Of a stretch of DNA of 64,000 nt, positions 45,368-54,495 are shown one piece after another; position 1 is the first letter of the stretch; each line of letters begins with the position of its first letter. The position numbers were made by a program, and so were the translations under genes. The notes below the pieces were generated by a model that saw only the letters and a program-made list of their open reading frames with translations, was not told the origin of the DNA and did not search any database. The stretch is from an uncultured bacterium (GTDB lineage Bacteria; Acidobacteriota; Blastocatellia; Pyrinomonadales; Pyrinomonadaceae): contig CBFGMX010000001.1 in assembly GCA_965649955.1 (NCBI GenBank), positions 16,032-80,031 on the forward strand, written 5' to 3'.

Positions 45368-47161
45368 TTACGGCAATCGGAACGCCGCCATCTCTTCGGC
45401 GTTGCGTACCAGCAGCATATCGCCGACAAGCACGGGATGGTTCCACGTCTTTCCCTGTATCGCGGGAACCTTCGCCACCTCCGTAAACTGATCGCTGCGG
45501 GCCTCGACGAGTGCCAGCTCGCCTTCTTCAGACAACACGAGCAGCAGATCCTGATCGGGCAGCAGCACGAGCTGTCCGTTACCGTAACGCCCGCCTTTCC
45601 ACTTGCGCTGGCCGTCGTTGAGATCGACGCACGAGAGAATGCGTCCGTCGAAGCCGAACGCATGACCTTTGTGAACGACGAAATCGTTGAAGTAAGGCTT
45701 GAGACCGTTTGACGTCCAACGCTCGGCAACGCTCCACACGCCCGCATTGTTCGTGAGCGCGAGTCGGCGAATACCCGCTTCCTGGCTCGTGATCAGAACG
45801 TTGTCGCTGGCGATCAACGCCGGCTGCACGATGCTGTTGGCGGCCCACTCGTGTTGCCACAACTGTTTGCCGTCGGCCACGGAAACACTGGTCAACCGAC
45901 CATCGCTCGTCAGCAGCACTTGCGCGACTCCATTGATCGTCACGAGATGTGGCGAACTGTAGCTGCCGCCACCTGCTGGTCCAACCCAGCGTCGATTTCC
46001 GGTGGCAGTTTCGTAAGCGACGAGTTGTCCTGTGGCTGCGACGATTACCAGGTCGCCAACCACCAGCGGCGAACTCGAGAAACCCCAGAACGGAATCTTC
46101 GTATTCGTCTCCGCGGCGACATTTCGCGTCCACACAACAGCGCCATTGCGCGCATCGAGAACGTTCAGTATTCCGGTGGCGCCAAAACTGTAGATGCGGC
46201 CGTTGCTGAGTGTCGGTGTTCCACGCGGACCGGCGCCTGCGTTTGATTCGAAGAAGCGCGCCTTGTCGCTGTGGGCCCATACCGGTTGTCCGGTCGAGGC
46301 TTTGTAGCACGCGACCACTTCGTTATCGCCTCGTTGCTCCTGCGTGTACATCAGATCGGCGTTGACGGCGAATGACGACCAGCCTGGTCCAACCGGACGT
46401 CGCCAGATTTGTACGGGTGGCGATGCTGACCAGTCGGTTTTGATCTTCACTCCGCGTACGACGCCGTCACGTCTTGGACCGCGAAAACCGGGCCAGTCGA
46501 CGCTTGCTTCGGCGGCAGGAGTTGTTGTCTTTGGAGCTTCGCTTGTGGCTGGGGTTAGTGTGGGTTGTGCGTTAGTTGATGTTGCGGCGGGAGTGGACTC
46601 GGTCGCAGGCGCCGAAGTTAATGTCGACGGTGCGTTTCCTTCCTGCGCCAGCAGCCGTTCTTCCGCACTCTGCGACCAGCGCCAGCCGAAAGTCGCGTTG
46701 TGATCCCCGTTGAGACCGTCTTGTCGGAGCAGTAACCACGCACCGCAGGCGATCAGGATCGTCGCAACCATCGTTGCGTGCCGGACTGTGTTTGGAAGTC
46801 GACGTGTGGCCACGGCCCATGTCACGAACGCGAGACTCAAGACGGGAACAGCGTAGGCAAACAACCACTGGAGCCACATCGACTCGTGTTTGAGGAACCA
46901 CGTCGCGACGACTGCGAACGCCATCAACGCGAGAGTCGCCAGGCGTTCGCGCCACGGCGCTCGGCTGAAAAACGCCCACCACACGACGATGACAAGAAAG
47001 AAGACAAGCGAGCCGATGACGGCGTAGCCAAAGCCCTGTATTCCGGGGAAGAGTTCCTTGACACCGAACCGGAATACCCATTGCAGCACGACGGCGACGA
47101 TGCCCGGCCACACTCTGAGCAGCTTGTGGGGAGACTGTTCCCCGGTCTGGGTGGAAGTCAT
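45368..47161 (-). CDS. membrane-anchored PQQ-like (BamB-type) beta-propeller repeat protein
   Basis: About 5 N-terminal TM helices, an Ala/Thr/Pro linker, then propeller blades with recurring A-x-D/N-x-x-T/N-G-x-x-x-W patterns (CYKASTGQPVW, DARNGAVVW, ETATGNRRW, VADGKQLW, LNDGQRKW). Confidence 0.8.
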   Translation of the reverse strand: MTSTQTGEQSPHKLLRVWPGIVAVVLQWVFRFGVKELFPGIQGFGYAVIGSLVFFLVIVVWWAFFSRAPWRERLATLALMAFAVVATWFLKHESMWLQWLFAYAVPVLSLAFVTWAVATRRLPNTVRHATMVATILIACGAWLLLRQDGLNGDHNATFGWRWSQSAEERLLAQEGNAPSTLTSAPATESTPAATSTNAQPTLTPATSEAPKTTTPAAEASVDWPGFRGPRRDGVVRGVKIKTDWSASPPVQIWRRPVGPGWSSFAVNADLMYTQEQRGDNEVVACYKASTGQPVWAHSDKARFFESNAGAGPRGTPTLSNGRIYSFGATGILNVLDARNGAVVWTRNVAAETNTKIPFWGFSSSPLVVGDLVIVAATGQLVAYETATGNRRWVGPAGGGSYSSPHLVTINGVAQVLLTSDGRLTSVSVADGKQLWQHEWAANSIVQPALIASDNVLITSQEAGIRRLALTNNAGVWSVAERWTSNGLKPYFNDFVVHKGHAFGFDGRILSCVDLNDGQRKWKGGRYGNGQLVLLPDQDLLLVLSEEGELALVEARSDQFTEVAKVPAIQGKTWNHPVLVGDMLLVRNAEEMAAFRLP

Positions 47162-47272
47162 GCGGGACTATACTGTCCCAACCCGGGAATTGTTTCGTTA
47201 ATTGAAACGAGAGGGAAGTCTGGACGCTGAACATTCTCTCTCGCGTCCGGCGGAAACACGGAATCTTGCACT

Positions 47273-48166
47273 TCACAGATCGCGGGTGTTGAAGGTGTCG
47301 CCCTGGCGAATGTCGCCGGAGTCGTAGCCGCGTTTGAACCAGCGCAGGCGCTGTTCGGAGGAACCGTGCGTGAAGGAGTCGGGGACGACGTATCCGGTTT
47401 GCTGGCGCTGGATCTTGTCGTCGCCGATCGCACTCGCCGCCGTTAACGCCTCTTCGATGTCACCCGGTTCGAGCACGCCCTGATCTTTCACATAACGGGC
47501 AAACACGCCCGCGAAGAAATCGGCCTGCAACTCAAGACGTACGGACAGTTGATTGTATTCAGCCTGACTGACTCTGCCGCGCATCGCATCCACGCGATCG
47601 GAAATACCCAAAAGGTTTTGCACGTGATGGCCCACCTCATGCGCGATCACATACGCCTGCGCAAAATCTCCCGGCGCATTGAACCGCCGGCGCAACTCTT
47701 CATAGAACGACAGATCGATGTAAACCTTCTCGTCACCAGGACAATAGAATGGACCAACAGCAGCGCCCGCTCTTCCGCACGCGGAATCGACTCGATCGGT
47801 AAACAGCACCAGCGTTGGTTCTCGATACTGTCGTCCATTCTGCTGAAACACGTTGTGCCAAACGTCTTCGGACTTCGCCAACACCACGGACACAAACTGC
47901 TTCGCCTTCTCCTCTTCAAGATTCAGTGGGCGCGAGCTTTGTACTTCAGAAGACGGTTCGGTTGGCAATTGTTCAAGCAGTTGCCGTGGATCAGCGCCGA
48001 AGATTAGCGCGATGATTAATAACAACACTGTTCCGAGGCCACCGCCAACAGCAACCTTGCCCGCCGACATTCCCCGTCGATCTTCGATGTTCGAACTCTG
48101 ACGCTCACCTCTCCAACGCATAGTCGGTTTTACCTCCGCGTGATTTGTATATGCGGAGATTTCCAA
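47273..48166 (-). CDS. YpfJ-family neutral zinc metallopeptidase
   Basis: N-terminal TM helix, GPFYCPGDEKVYIDLSF, and HExxH in VIAHEVGHHVQN. Confidence 0.85.
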   Translation of the reverse strand: MEISAYTNHAEVKPTMRWRGERQSSNIEDRRGMSAGKVAVGGGLGTVLLLIIALIFGADPRQLLEQLPTEPSSEVQSSRPLNLEEEKAKQFVSVVLAKSEDVWHNVFQQNGRQYREPTLVLFTDRVDSACGRAGAAVGPFYCPGDEKVYIDLSFYEELRRRFNAPGDFAQAYVIAHEVGHHVQNLLGISDRVDAMRGRVSQAEYNQLSVRLELQADFFAGVFARYVKDQGVLEPGDIEEALTAASAIGDDKIQRQQTGYVVPDSFTHGSSEQRLRWFKRGYDSGDIRQGDTFNTRDL

Positions 48167-48226
48167 CGTCGTGTGTCGTTCGAACGATACTTTAGTTATT
48201 TTTTAGTCACACCGGAGGAAAAGTGT

Positions 48227-51200
48227 TTACTTCTCCGTGGCTTGCAATGGCAGGCGTAGCAATTGGCCTTTATAGACCAGGTAGACTTTTTTCTCGCGGG
48301 CATCGACCCACATCGACGTGCTTTCGAAGATGAGCTGCGGGACAGCCATTACCGGTTTGAAGGAAAAATCTTTGAGACTGTAGCGACCGATCTGCGTCTG
48401 GTTCTTTTTTCCGTCTGAGACGGCGGCCCAAAACTCATCCGCTTTGTCTGTTGCTTGTAAGAAGTGCTCGTCGGTGTGGAACAGCGGCGTGAAATCTCCC
48501 GACACCGGGCGCGTCGTGCCAGTCACCGGATCCAGTAGAAAGTATTCCGGACGATCTGGTCCGTTGACTGTAAGACCGGGGTGGATGTACGGCGCTTTCG
48601 CGCGTCGAATCAGGACCTTACCAATACCGGGAAGGAACGAAATCGGCTTTAACTCATCGGCAGGCGGCAGGTTCACGCGAAACTCGCGCCCGGAGTGAAG
48701 ATTCAGGCGAACGATGTGATACGGTTCGTTTTCGTCGCTGTCTGTCTTCGAAACGATTAGCCATTTGCCGTCTCGCGTGGCGATCGGATTTGCGTACGAA
48801 GCGTCTTCAACACCGAGTCGCACTGGTTTGCTGCCGGCGAACTGCCTCCACAAGCCGTCGGAGTTTCGCGCGATGACGATCGATTCCTGCGAGAGCACTT
48901 GCATCTGAATATCCGGACCGATGTCCCAATCGATTTCGTACTCGTCGCCCATTACGAATCGTGCCCGGTCAATAGTGGGGTAGAAATCAGGGGCAGAAGT
49001 GATCGCGCCGAGTTGATTGTTGGCGAAGACGCGCCACGACAAACGTGCGTTTTCAAGTTCAATTCTCCGCCGGCTGAGTTGAATTAGCAGTTCCTCGTCG
49101 TCTTCGTCCACCTCATACGACGCTTCACGTTCGTTTTTCTCCTCTTCTGTTGCCTGACGTTCGACAAAAATTCGCAGTTCGCCGTTTTGCTGAGCGACGT
49201 GGTTGACGGTCAAGTCACCCGCATACAAAACTTCAAGTCCTTTGATCTCTTGTTCCAGTTTGTAGTGGATTTTGGCGCCATCACCCGCGATGAGTTGCGA
49301 GAACTGTTGCTGCAACTCCGCCCAATCCTGGTAACCCCCCTGGCTGAAGACACGACGGCCTTTCTCTTTCGTAAGCATCAACAGTTCCCCTGTGGGACAA
49401 CCGTGGTGACAATACATAAAAGTTGGACCACGATCAGCGTAGCCGCCCACCGTCAGGAAATCCTTTAGAGCGCTGACTTCCGCCATCGGGACAATCCGCT
49501 CACGATACCGCGCCGCGTCTTCAAACTCTGTGTAGACCGCCTTATCGGAATAGATGCGCAGGATCTTTGCTTCGTCCATGCCATGCACGTACGCGAGAAT
49601 CTCGATTGGACCTTTCTCTTTCAGAAGTTCTTCGCGTAACTTTTCCTCGCTCTTGACGAGATATTCATAACTGTTGACCCCGTATGTGTTCTCACGCCAA
49701 CCGGTTACGAATGCTTCATTCGGATGGTGCTGCCACAGCAGGTCGCGAGCCTCACGGCTATCTTCGAAGAGCAGGTAGTTTTCAGCGGCAAGTGCCAGCA
49801 ACGGATCCTTGTGGCCGAGGAATTTACCAATGAGTTCGACTGGCAGAGCCGTTTGGGTAAGCCGCGCACAGGCGAGCAAAGCAATCTGCGCGGTTTGATC
49901 CTCAGACGTGAGAATGCCCTGGGCCAACAACGAATCATTGAGCAGGACTGCTCCTATCCCTTGTGCAGCGCCTGCGATTGACGCCAGCCCCTGCAACTCC
50001 GTTTGGAGGCCCTCGCGCATTTTGTCCTTCCGTTGTAAAGCGCCGACGATTGTCTTGGAATCCGCTGAACCGTTGGCGATACGTCTAATGATGTCGAGGT
50101 CTACTTGCTGCCCCTGCCAGACATGAGTGATCTCGACCAACGCATTCGCCACCGCGGGATTTTCTGACTTGAGTTCTTCGGCGCGCACCAGCACTGAGTT
50201 AATCAGCGTCTCGGAAGGCGTTACTCTGGAGACAGCCAGGTATCTTCCCACGCTTAGCGTTGGCGGCAGGGCCTCCTCATGCGGCAAACGGTAGCGCATC
50301 ACGTCTGCCTGACCTTCCGGCGTCGAGATCTTTGCGGCGTATTCTTCAAGCGCTTCGAGTTGTTCCTTTTCTGGCAGCGCGTTGGAACCAAGCAGTCCTT
50401 TAAGAATGCGGAATCGCTGGGATTCGTCTTTTTCCTTGGCCAGCGCTCTCTTGAGTGCGGGCAGTGCGCGAGGATCCTGGTACAGGGCCAGCGATTGGGC
50501 AGCGAAGGTACGAGCGAAAGCTCGCTCCGAATCGTCGTTTTCCATCGCCGCGATAAGTCCCGGCACGCTTTCGGGAATTTTGATAGTTCCGAGGGTTTGA
50601 ATCAGGCGCAGCCTGTGGTTCGAAGGGTCGTTGGCCCAGCCGGGGTTTGTAAGCCATGGCAGCAGGGGTACGAGAGCTTTCTTCGCGGCCTCCTCGTCGT
50701 CGTCGACCAACACCAGGCATGAGACGGCCGCACTTCTCACATTTATGTCCTTGCTCTCAAGCAGGCCCACCATAATCGGGATCCACTTTTCCCTGTCGGA
50801 GTTGAATAACAAGGTGAGTGGTGTCAGCCCGTAATCGCCGTCGTTCGGCTCCAGCAGCGTCCCGTCCTGAAAGAGGCTGATGTACCAGTCGTCACGACCC
50901 GACCATTCAGTGAATGAAAGACTCTGAATTGCCACGTTGCGCGAGTAGAGGGGCTGGTTGCGATTAGACGCGATCGCCTGCAAATCGCGGCGGTAGCGTT
51001 CCTCGTTTCCCAGGTCTTTCTCCGTGACTGCATGTTCGTAGAACAGCGACAGCGCAAGAGCGGTTGCGCGTGGCTGGCCGGACGCCATCAGGCCGCGCAG
51101 TAATGGTTCGGCGTTGGTCCAACTTACGCGCGCCAGCGCGGAGAGTGCGTCTTCTTTATTGACGCCTCCGTCTCGCTCGTTCTCTTTGGCCTTGTGGGCC

Positions 51201-51703
51201 AGGGCAATCAACTCGTCGAGAAAGTAGCTCGAGTTGTAGAGGAGCCATTTTCGAACTTGCTCACGCCAGTCCGGAACAAACTTCTCATCGGTCAGCGTTT
51301 TGTCGTAAACGTTTTTGACTTTTTCGGGTGTCGATTCGGAGTCAGGCAGAAGATCCAGGAACACAGTAAGGATGCCCGGGTTGGCAACACACTCGTCGAG
51401 CAGTCGCTTTTGTACCGCGTCTGATGGCATACGACCACTGTGGGCCCAACGCGCCCAGTACTCGACGAGATCTTTTATCGGCGCGTCGTCTGGCGGAGTA
51501 TTGTTTCGATAGAAGAAGGTGGGAGGCCGCGGCTCCACGATTTCCGGTGGCGTTGGCAAGGCTGCCTGACGTGGCGCCGGCGCAGGCATCGTCAGTAGCT
51601 GTTTCAGCACTTCCGCAGAATCAGTCTTTCGAGGCTGGCCCGCGGAATCAACCGCCGGGCCGCAGCAAAAGACGATCAGGATCGCGAGCAGTATTCGGGA
51701 CAC
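48227..51703 (-). CDS. large exported protein of unknown function with a central HEAT_PBS-like region
   Basis: 1,158-aa uninterrupted ORF. Signal peptide MSRILLAILIVFCCGPAVDSA. HEAT-like segments NVRSAAVSCLV and AAQSLALYQDPRALPALKRAL. No catalytic motif recognised. Confidence 0.75.
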   Translation of the reverse strand: MSRILLAILIVFCCGPAVDSAGQPRKTDSAEVLKQLLTMPAPAPRQAALPTPPEIVEPRPPTFFYRNNTPPDDAPIKDLVEYWARWAHSGRMPSDAVQKRLLDECVANPGILTVFLDLLPDSESTPEKVKNVYDKTLTDEKFVPDWREQVRKWLLYNSSYFLDELIALAHKAKENERDGGVNKEDALSALARVSWTNAEPLLRGLMASGQPRATALALSLFYEHAVTEKDLGNEERYRRDLQAIASNRNQPLYSRNVAIQSLSFTEWSGRDDWYISLFQDGTLLEPNDGDYGLTPLTLLFNSDREKWIPIMVGLLESKDINVRSAAVSCLVLVDDDEEAAKKALVPLLPWLTNPGWANDPSNHRLRLIQTLGTIKIPESVPGLIAAMENDDSERAFARTFAAQSLALYQDPRALPALKRALAKEKDESQRFRILKGLLGSNALPEKEQLEALEEYAAKISTPEGQADVMRYRLPHEEALPPTLSVGRYLAVSRVTPSETLINSVLVRAEELKSENPAVANALVEITHVWQGQQVDLDIIRRIANGSADSKTIVGALQRKDKMREGLQTELQGLASIAGAAQGIGAVLLNDSLLAQGILTSEDQTAQIALLACARLTQTALPVELIGKFLGHKDPLLALAAENYLLFEDSREARDLLWQHHPNEAFVTGWRENTYGVNSYEYLVKSEEKLREELLKEKGPIEILAYVHGMDEAKILRIYSDKAVYTEFEDAARYRERIVPMAEVSALKDFLTVGGYADRGPTFMYCHHGCPTGELLMLTKEKGRRVFSQGGYQDWAELQQQFSQLIAGDGAKIHYKLEQEIKGLEVLYAGDLTVNHVAQQNGELRIFVERQATEEEKNEREASYEVDEDDEELLIQLSRRRIELENARLSWRVFANNQLGAITSAPDFYPTIDRARFVMGDEYEIDWDIGPDIQMQVLSQESIVIARNSDGLWRQFAGSKPVRLGVEDASYANPIATRDGKWLIVSKTDSDENEPYHIVRLNLHSGREFRVNLPPADELKPISFLPGIGKVLIRRAKAPYIHPGLTVNGPDRPEYFLLDPVTGTTRPVSGDFTPLFHTDEHFLQATDKADEFWAAVSDGKKNQTQIGRYSLKDFSFKPVMAVPQLIFESTSMWVDAREKKVYLVYKGQLLRLPLQATEK

Positions 51704-51921
51704 GGCTTGTTCCTAAGTCGTACCAGACGAGGCTCTTTACTTGCGTACCTTCGACGCCACGAGTTGGTGAAAAGTTCCATTATTTGCGAGGTGCTGGACC
51801 AAAAAGAATCTCAAGTGACGAACGTCATTCAGTCCACGCCGCAAAAATTGTCCAATAGGATGCATAAGTTCAATATACTGTTGTTTCCACGCAGTATTGA
51901 TTCTCCACAAGGAGCGGCTGA

Positions 51922-53097
51922 ATGAAATTCACTTTGCTCGTGTTTGCACTGGTGGGCTTTTGTGCGCTGCACGATCTAATTCCACAAAACACGCATGCGA
52001 TGACGACCGCGCAGACTCAACTGACCGTGACTGCGGTGAACAGACTCAAGATCGCGCGCGCGGCGGAGACGATCGAGTTAACAGCGAAGCACCTTGCATT
52101 GCTCACCGAAAAAGACCTGACGAAGCTGCACGTGCTCGATAGTACCGGAAAGGAAGTGCTCAGCCAGTCTGTTGACACTGATTACGACGACTATCACAAA
52201 CCGGACACGCTGATTTTCCAGGCTGACTTCGCGGCCGGCGAGACTAAGACGTTCACCGTAACTGCCGGCGCCAAGCGCGAATACCAGAAAGAAGACTTCC
52301 GCGCTTACGGGCGTTTCGTGCGCGAACGTTTTGACGATTTTGCGTGGGAGAACGATCGCGTCGCGCATCGCACGTATGGCAAAGCGCTGATCACGTGGAA
52401 AGGGGAGCCGCTCACCAGCAGCGCGATCGACATCTGGTCTAAACGCACTTCGAAGCTGGTGATTAACGACTGGTACATGGTCGATAACTATCACACCGAT
52501 ACCGGAGAAGGCGCCGACGCGTACTCCGCCGGACCGACGCGTGGCTGTGGCGGTAGTGGTATCTGGGCCAACAACCAGCTTCACATTCCAACAAACTTTG
52601 TCGATTCACGAGTGCTGGCCAATGGTCCGATTCGCGTGATGTTTGAGCTGGTCTACGAACCGTTTGATGCCAACGGCGTGAAGGTTTCGCAGGTGTTGAG
52701 AATCTCGCTCGACGCGGGCAGTCAACTAAACCACTTCCAACCTCTGTATCGCGCCGACGCGCCTCTGGCCGTCGCAGTCGGACTGAAGAAAGCGAAAGAC
52801 GAAAAGAAGGAATTCAACGCCGAGCGGGGCTGGTTGACGGTCTGGCAGCCGATGGACAAGAACCTCGGCATGCAGGGCCTGGCCGTTTTAGTCAACGCCG
52901 CCGACGTAGACAAGTCGGCGGAGGACGCGCGCAACAATCTCCTGGTGATGAAACCGAAGACGTCGTTTCCTGTGTCCTACTGGGCAGGCTTCGCCTGGGA
53001 CCGCGCCGGACAAATCACTTCGGCTGACGCGTGGAAGAAATACGTTGACGAGTTTGGCGAACGATTGCGCTCGCCGATCGAAGTGACGGTGAAATGA
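51922..53097 (+). CDS. exported DUF4861-like protein (family assignment tentative)
   Basis: AAGGAG RBS and a signal peptide. The FAWENDRVAHRTYG segment resembles what I recall of DUF4861, a family often found in pectin loci. Confidence 0.5.
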   Translation: MKFTLLVFALVGFCALHDLIPQNTHAMTTAQTQLTVTAVNRLKIARAAETIELTAKHLALLTEKDLTKLHVLDSTGKEVLSQSVDTDYDDYHKPDTLIFQADFAAGETKTFTVTAGAKREYQKEDFRAYGRFVRERFDDFAWENDRVAHRTYGKALITWKGEPLTSSAIDIWSKRTSKLVINDWYMVDNYHTDTGEGADAYSAGPTRGCGGSGIWANNQLHIPTNFVDSRVLANGPIRVMFELVYEPFDANGVKVSQVLRISLDAGSQLNHFQPLYRADAPLAVAVGLKKAKDEKKEFNAERGWLTVWQPMDKNLGMQGLAVLVNAADVDKSAEDARNNLLVMKPKTSFPVSYWAGFAWDRAGQITSADAWKKYVDEFGERLRSPIEVTVK

Positions 53098-53098
53098 T

Positions 53099-54016
53099 CT
53101 AATTCGCGTCGTCGAGGTGCCAGCCTACGTTAACGAGCTCGTCACCGCGGCGCACAAACATCTCCGTACCGCGGCCGGTGGTTGTGTTGCGCCGGCCGTC
53201 CTTTTCAGTTTCGAAAACGTAAGTTGTGTAGATCAGCACGGTGTTGCCGTAAGCCTGGATTTCGGTTTTTGGAAACTCGAGCCGCACGAGTTTCGCTCCG
53301 CTGTCGGCGAATGCCTTTGCCCCCTCAAGGATCGCGGCGCGGTTGGACCACTCTTTTGCTCCTGAATTGATCGCAATCGCTTCTTCGGGAATCAACTTTT
53401 CAAGAGTTGGCCGATCGTTTGCGAACCACGCTTTCCAAACCGCTTCTCGTTTTTCCAGGATTCGCTGGCGTACTTCCGGCGTGAGATTACGCGGTTGCGA
53501 CGTCTGCTCGTCGCGCCATGCGGGATCGACGGCCGTGTGCGAAGCGACTTGTATCCAGCTTCCTTTTCGTTTCGCGTAGATGTCCATAATGCGAAACCGT
53601 CGCAGGGTGGTCGTTATGTTGCCGTCTTTGCGAACGAATTCTCCAATGAAGTTCGCCACCGCAAGTTCCGGAGTATAGAAGTGGACGTCAAAGTCGTTCA
53701 TCTTGTATCCGGTGCCCGGTGGATAGTAAGGATGTGACTTGGGCGCATTGGCAGGCTTGGGCCACTCGATACCGTTCGCGCGCATGTATTCGTCGATGCC
53801 TTTGATTGGAGTGGGCGTGCCTTCGAGGAGTCCGCGCCAGTCTTCCGAGTGCGTGTCGTAGATCTTCTGCTCGTCGCCGTCGATGAAGGCCTGGAAGATG
53901 CTCCCGATATGCGCGCGAATGGCTTCCGCGTCGGCGGCGCGATCGGGTTGAGTAACGCCGGCGAAACACACCGCGCCAAGGGCGAATGACGTGATCGATA
54001 TGAGAAGCAGTTTCAT
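53099..54016 (-). CDS. exported tandem NTF2-like (SnoaL/DUF4440-type) protein
   Basis: Signal peptide. Two roughly 130-aa halves, each with an NTF2-like pattern (IFQAFIDGDEQKI... and VWKAWFANDRPTLEKL...). Confidence 0.55.
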   Translation of the reverse strand: MKLLLISITSFALGAVCFAGVTQPDRAADAEAIRAHIGSIFQAFIDGDEQKIYDTHSEDWRGLLEGTPTPIKGIDEYMRANGIEWPKPANAPKSHPYYPPGTGYKMNDFDVHFYTPELAVANFIGEFVRKDGNITTTLRRFRIMDIYAKRKGSWIQVASHTAVDPAWRDEQTSQPRNLTPEVRQRILEKREAVWKAWFANDRPTLEKLIPEEAIAINSGAKEWSNRAAILEGAKAFADSGAKLVRLEFPKTEIQAYGNTVLIYTTYVFETEKDGRRNTTTGRGTEMFVRRGDELVNVGWHLDDAN

Positions 54017-54423
54017 GAATGGTCTCCTTCCTCGCAGTTGCCGGGCAGACGATGTCCGAACGAGAGCACGTATCCATGCAGGTCGCGAACGCTGTAGTCG
54101 CGTATACCGTAATCGCGGTCGGCGATTGGTTGGACGATCTCGACGCCATTGTTTCGATGAAATTCGTAGAATGCGTCGGCGTCGTTAATCACAAAGTAGA
54201 GATAACAACCTTTTGGCGATGGCTCGCCGTGTTCCAGAAATAACTGGACATGGCCCAGGTTGACTCCGGCCATTGTCGGAGGTTCGCCCCACTTGAACGC
54301 CAGCCAGAAGCCGAGCTTGTTCGTGTAGAAATCGATCGCCGCATCGAGGTTGCTCGTCAGCAAACCGGTGTGGTGTTGCTCGCATTCAATCTTCGGCGTG
54401 GGCTTGATCGTCATGGCCGTCAT
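54013..54423 (-). CDS. VOC/glyoxalase-bleomycin resistance family protein
   Basis: 136 aa; HHTGLLTSNLDAAIDFY... and DRDYGIRDYSVRDLHGY. 4-nt overlap with the downstream gene. Confidence 0.8.
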   Translation of the reverse strand: MTAMTIKPTPKIECEQHHTGLLTSNLDAAIDFYTNKLGFWLAFKWGEPPTMAGVNLGHVQLFLEHGEPSPKGCYLYFVINDADAFYEFHRNNGVEIVQPIADRDYGIRDYSVRDLHGYVLSFGHRLPGNCEEGDHS

Positions 54424-54495
54424 CCTACGCCTGGCCTTGTTTGAACGACAACGAAGAATACGCGAGCGGTCTATGTTTGGACGCGAACGGTCGGC

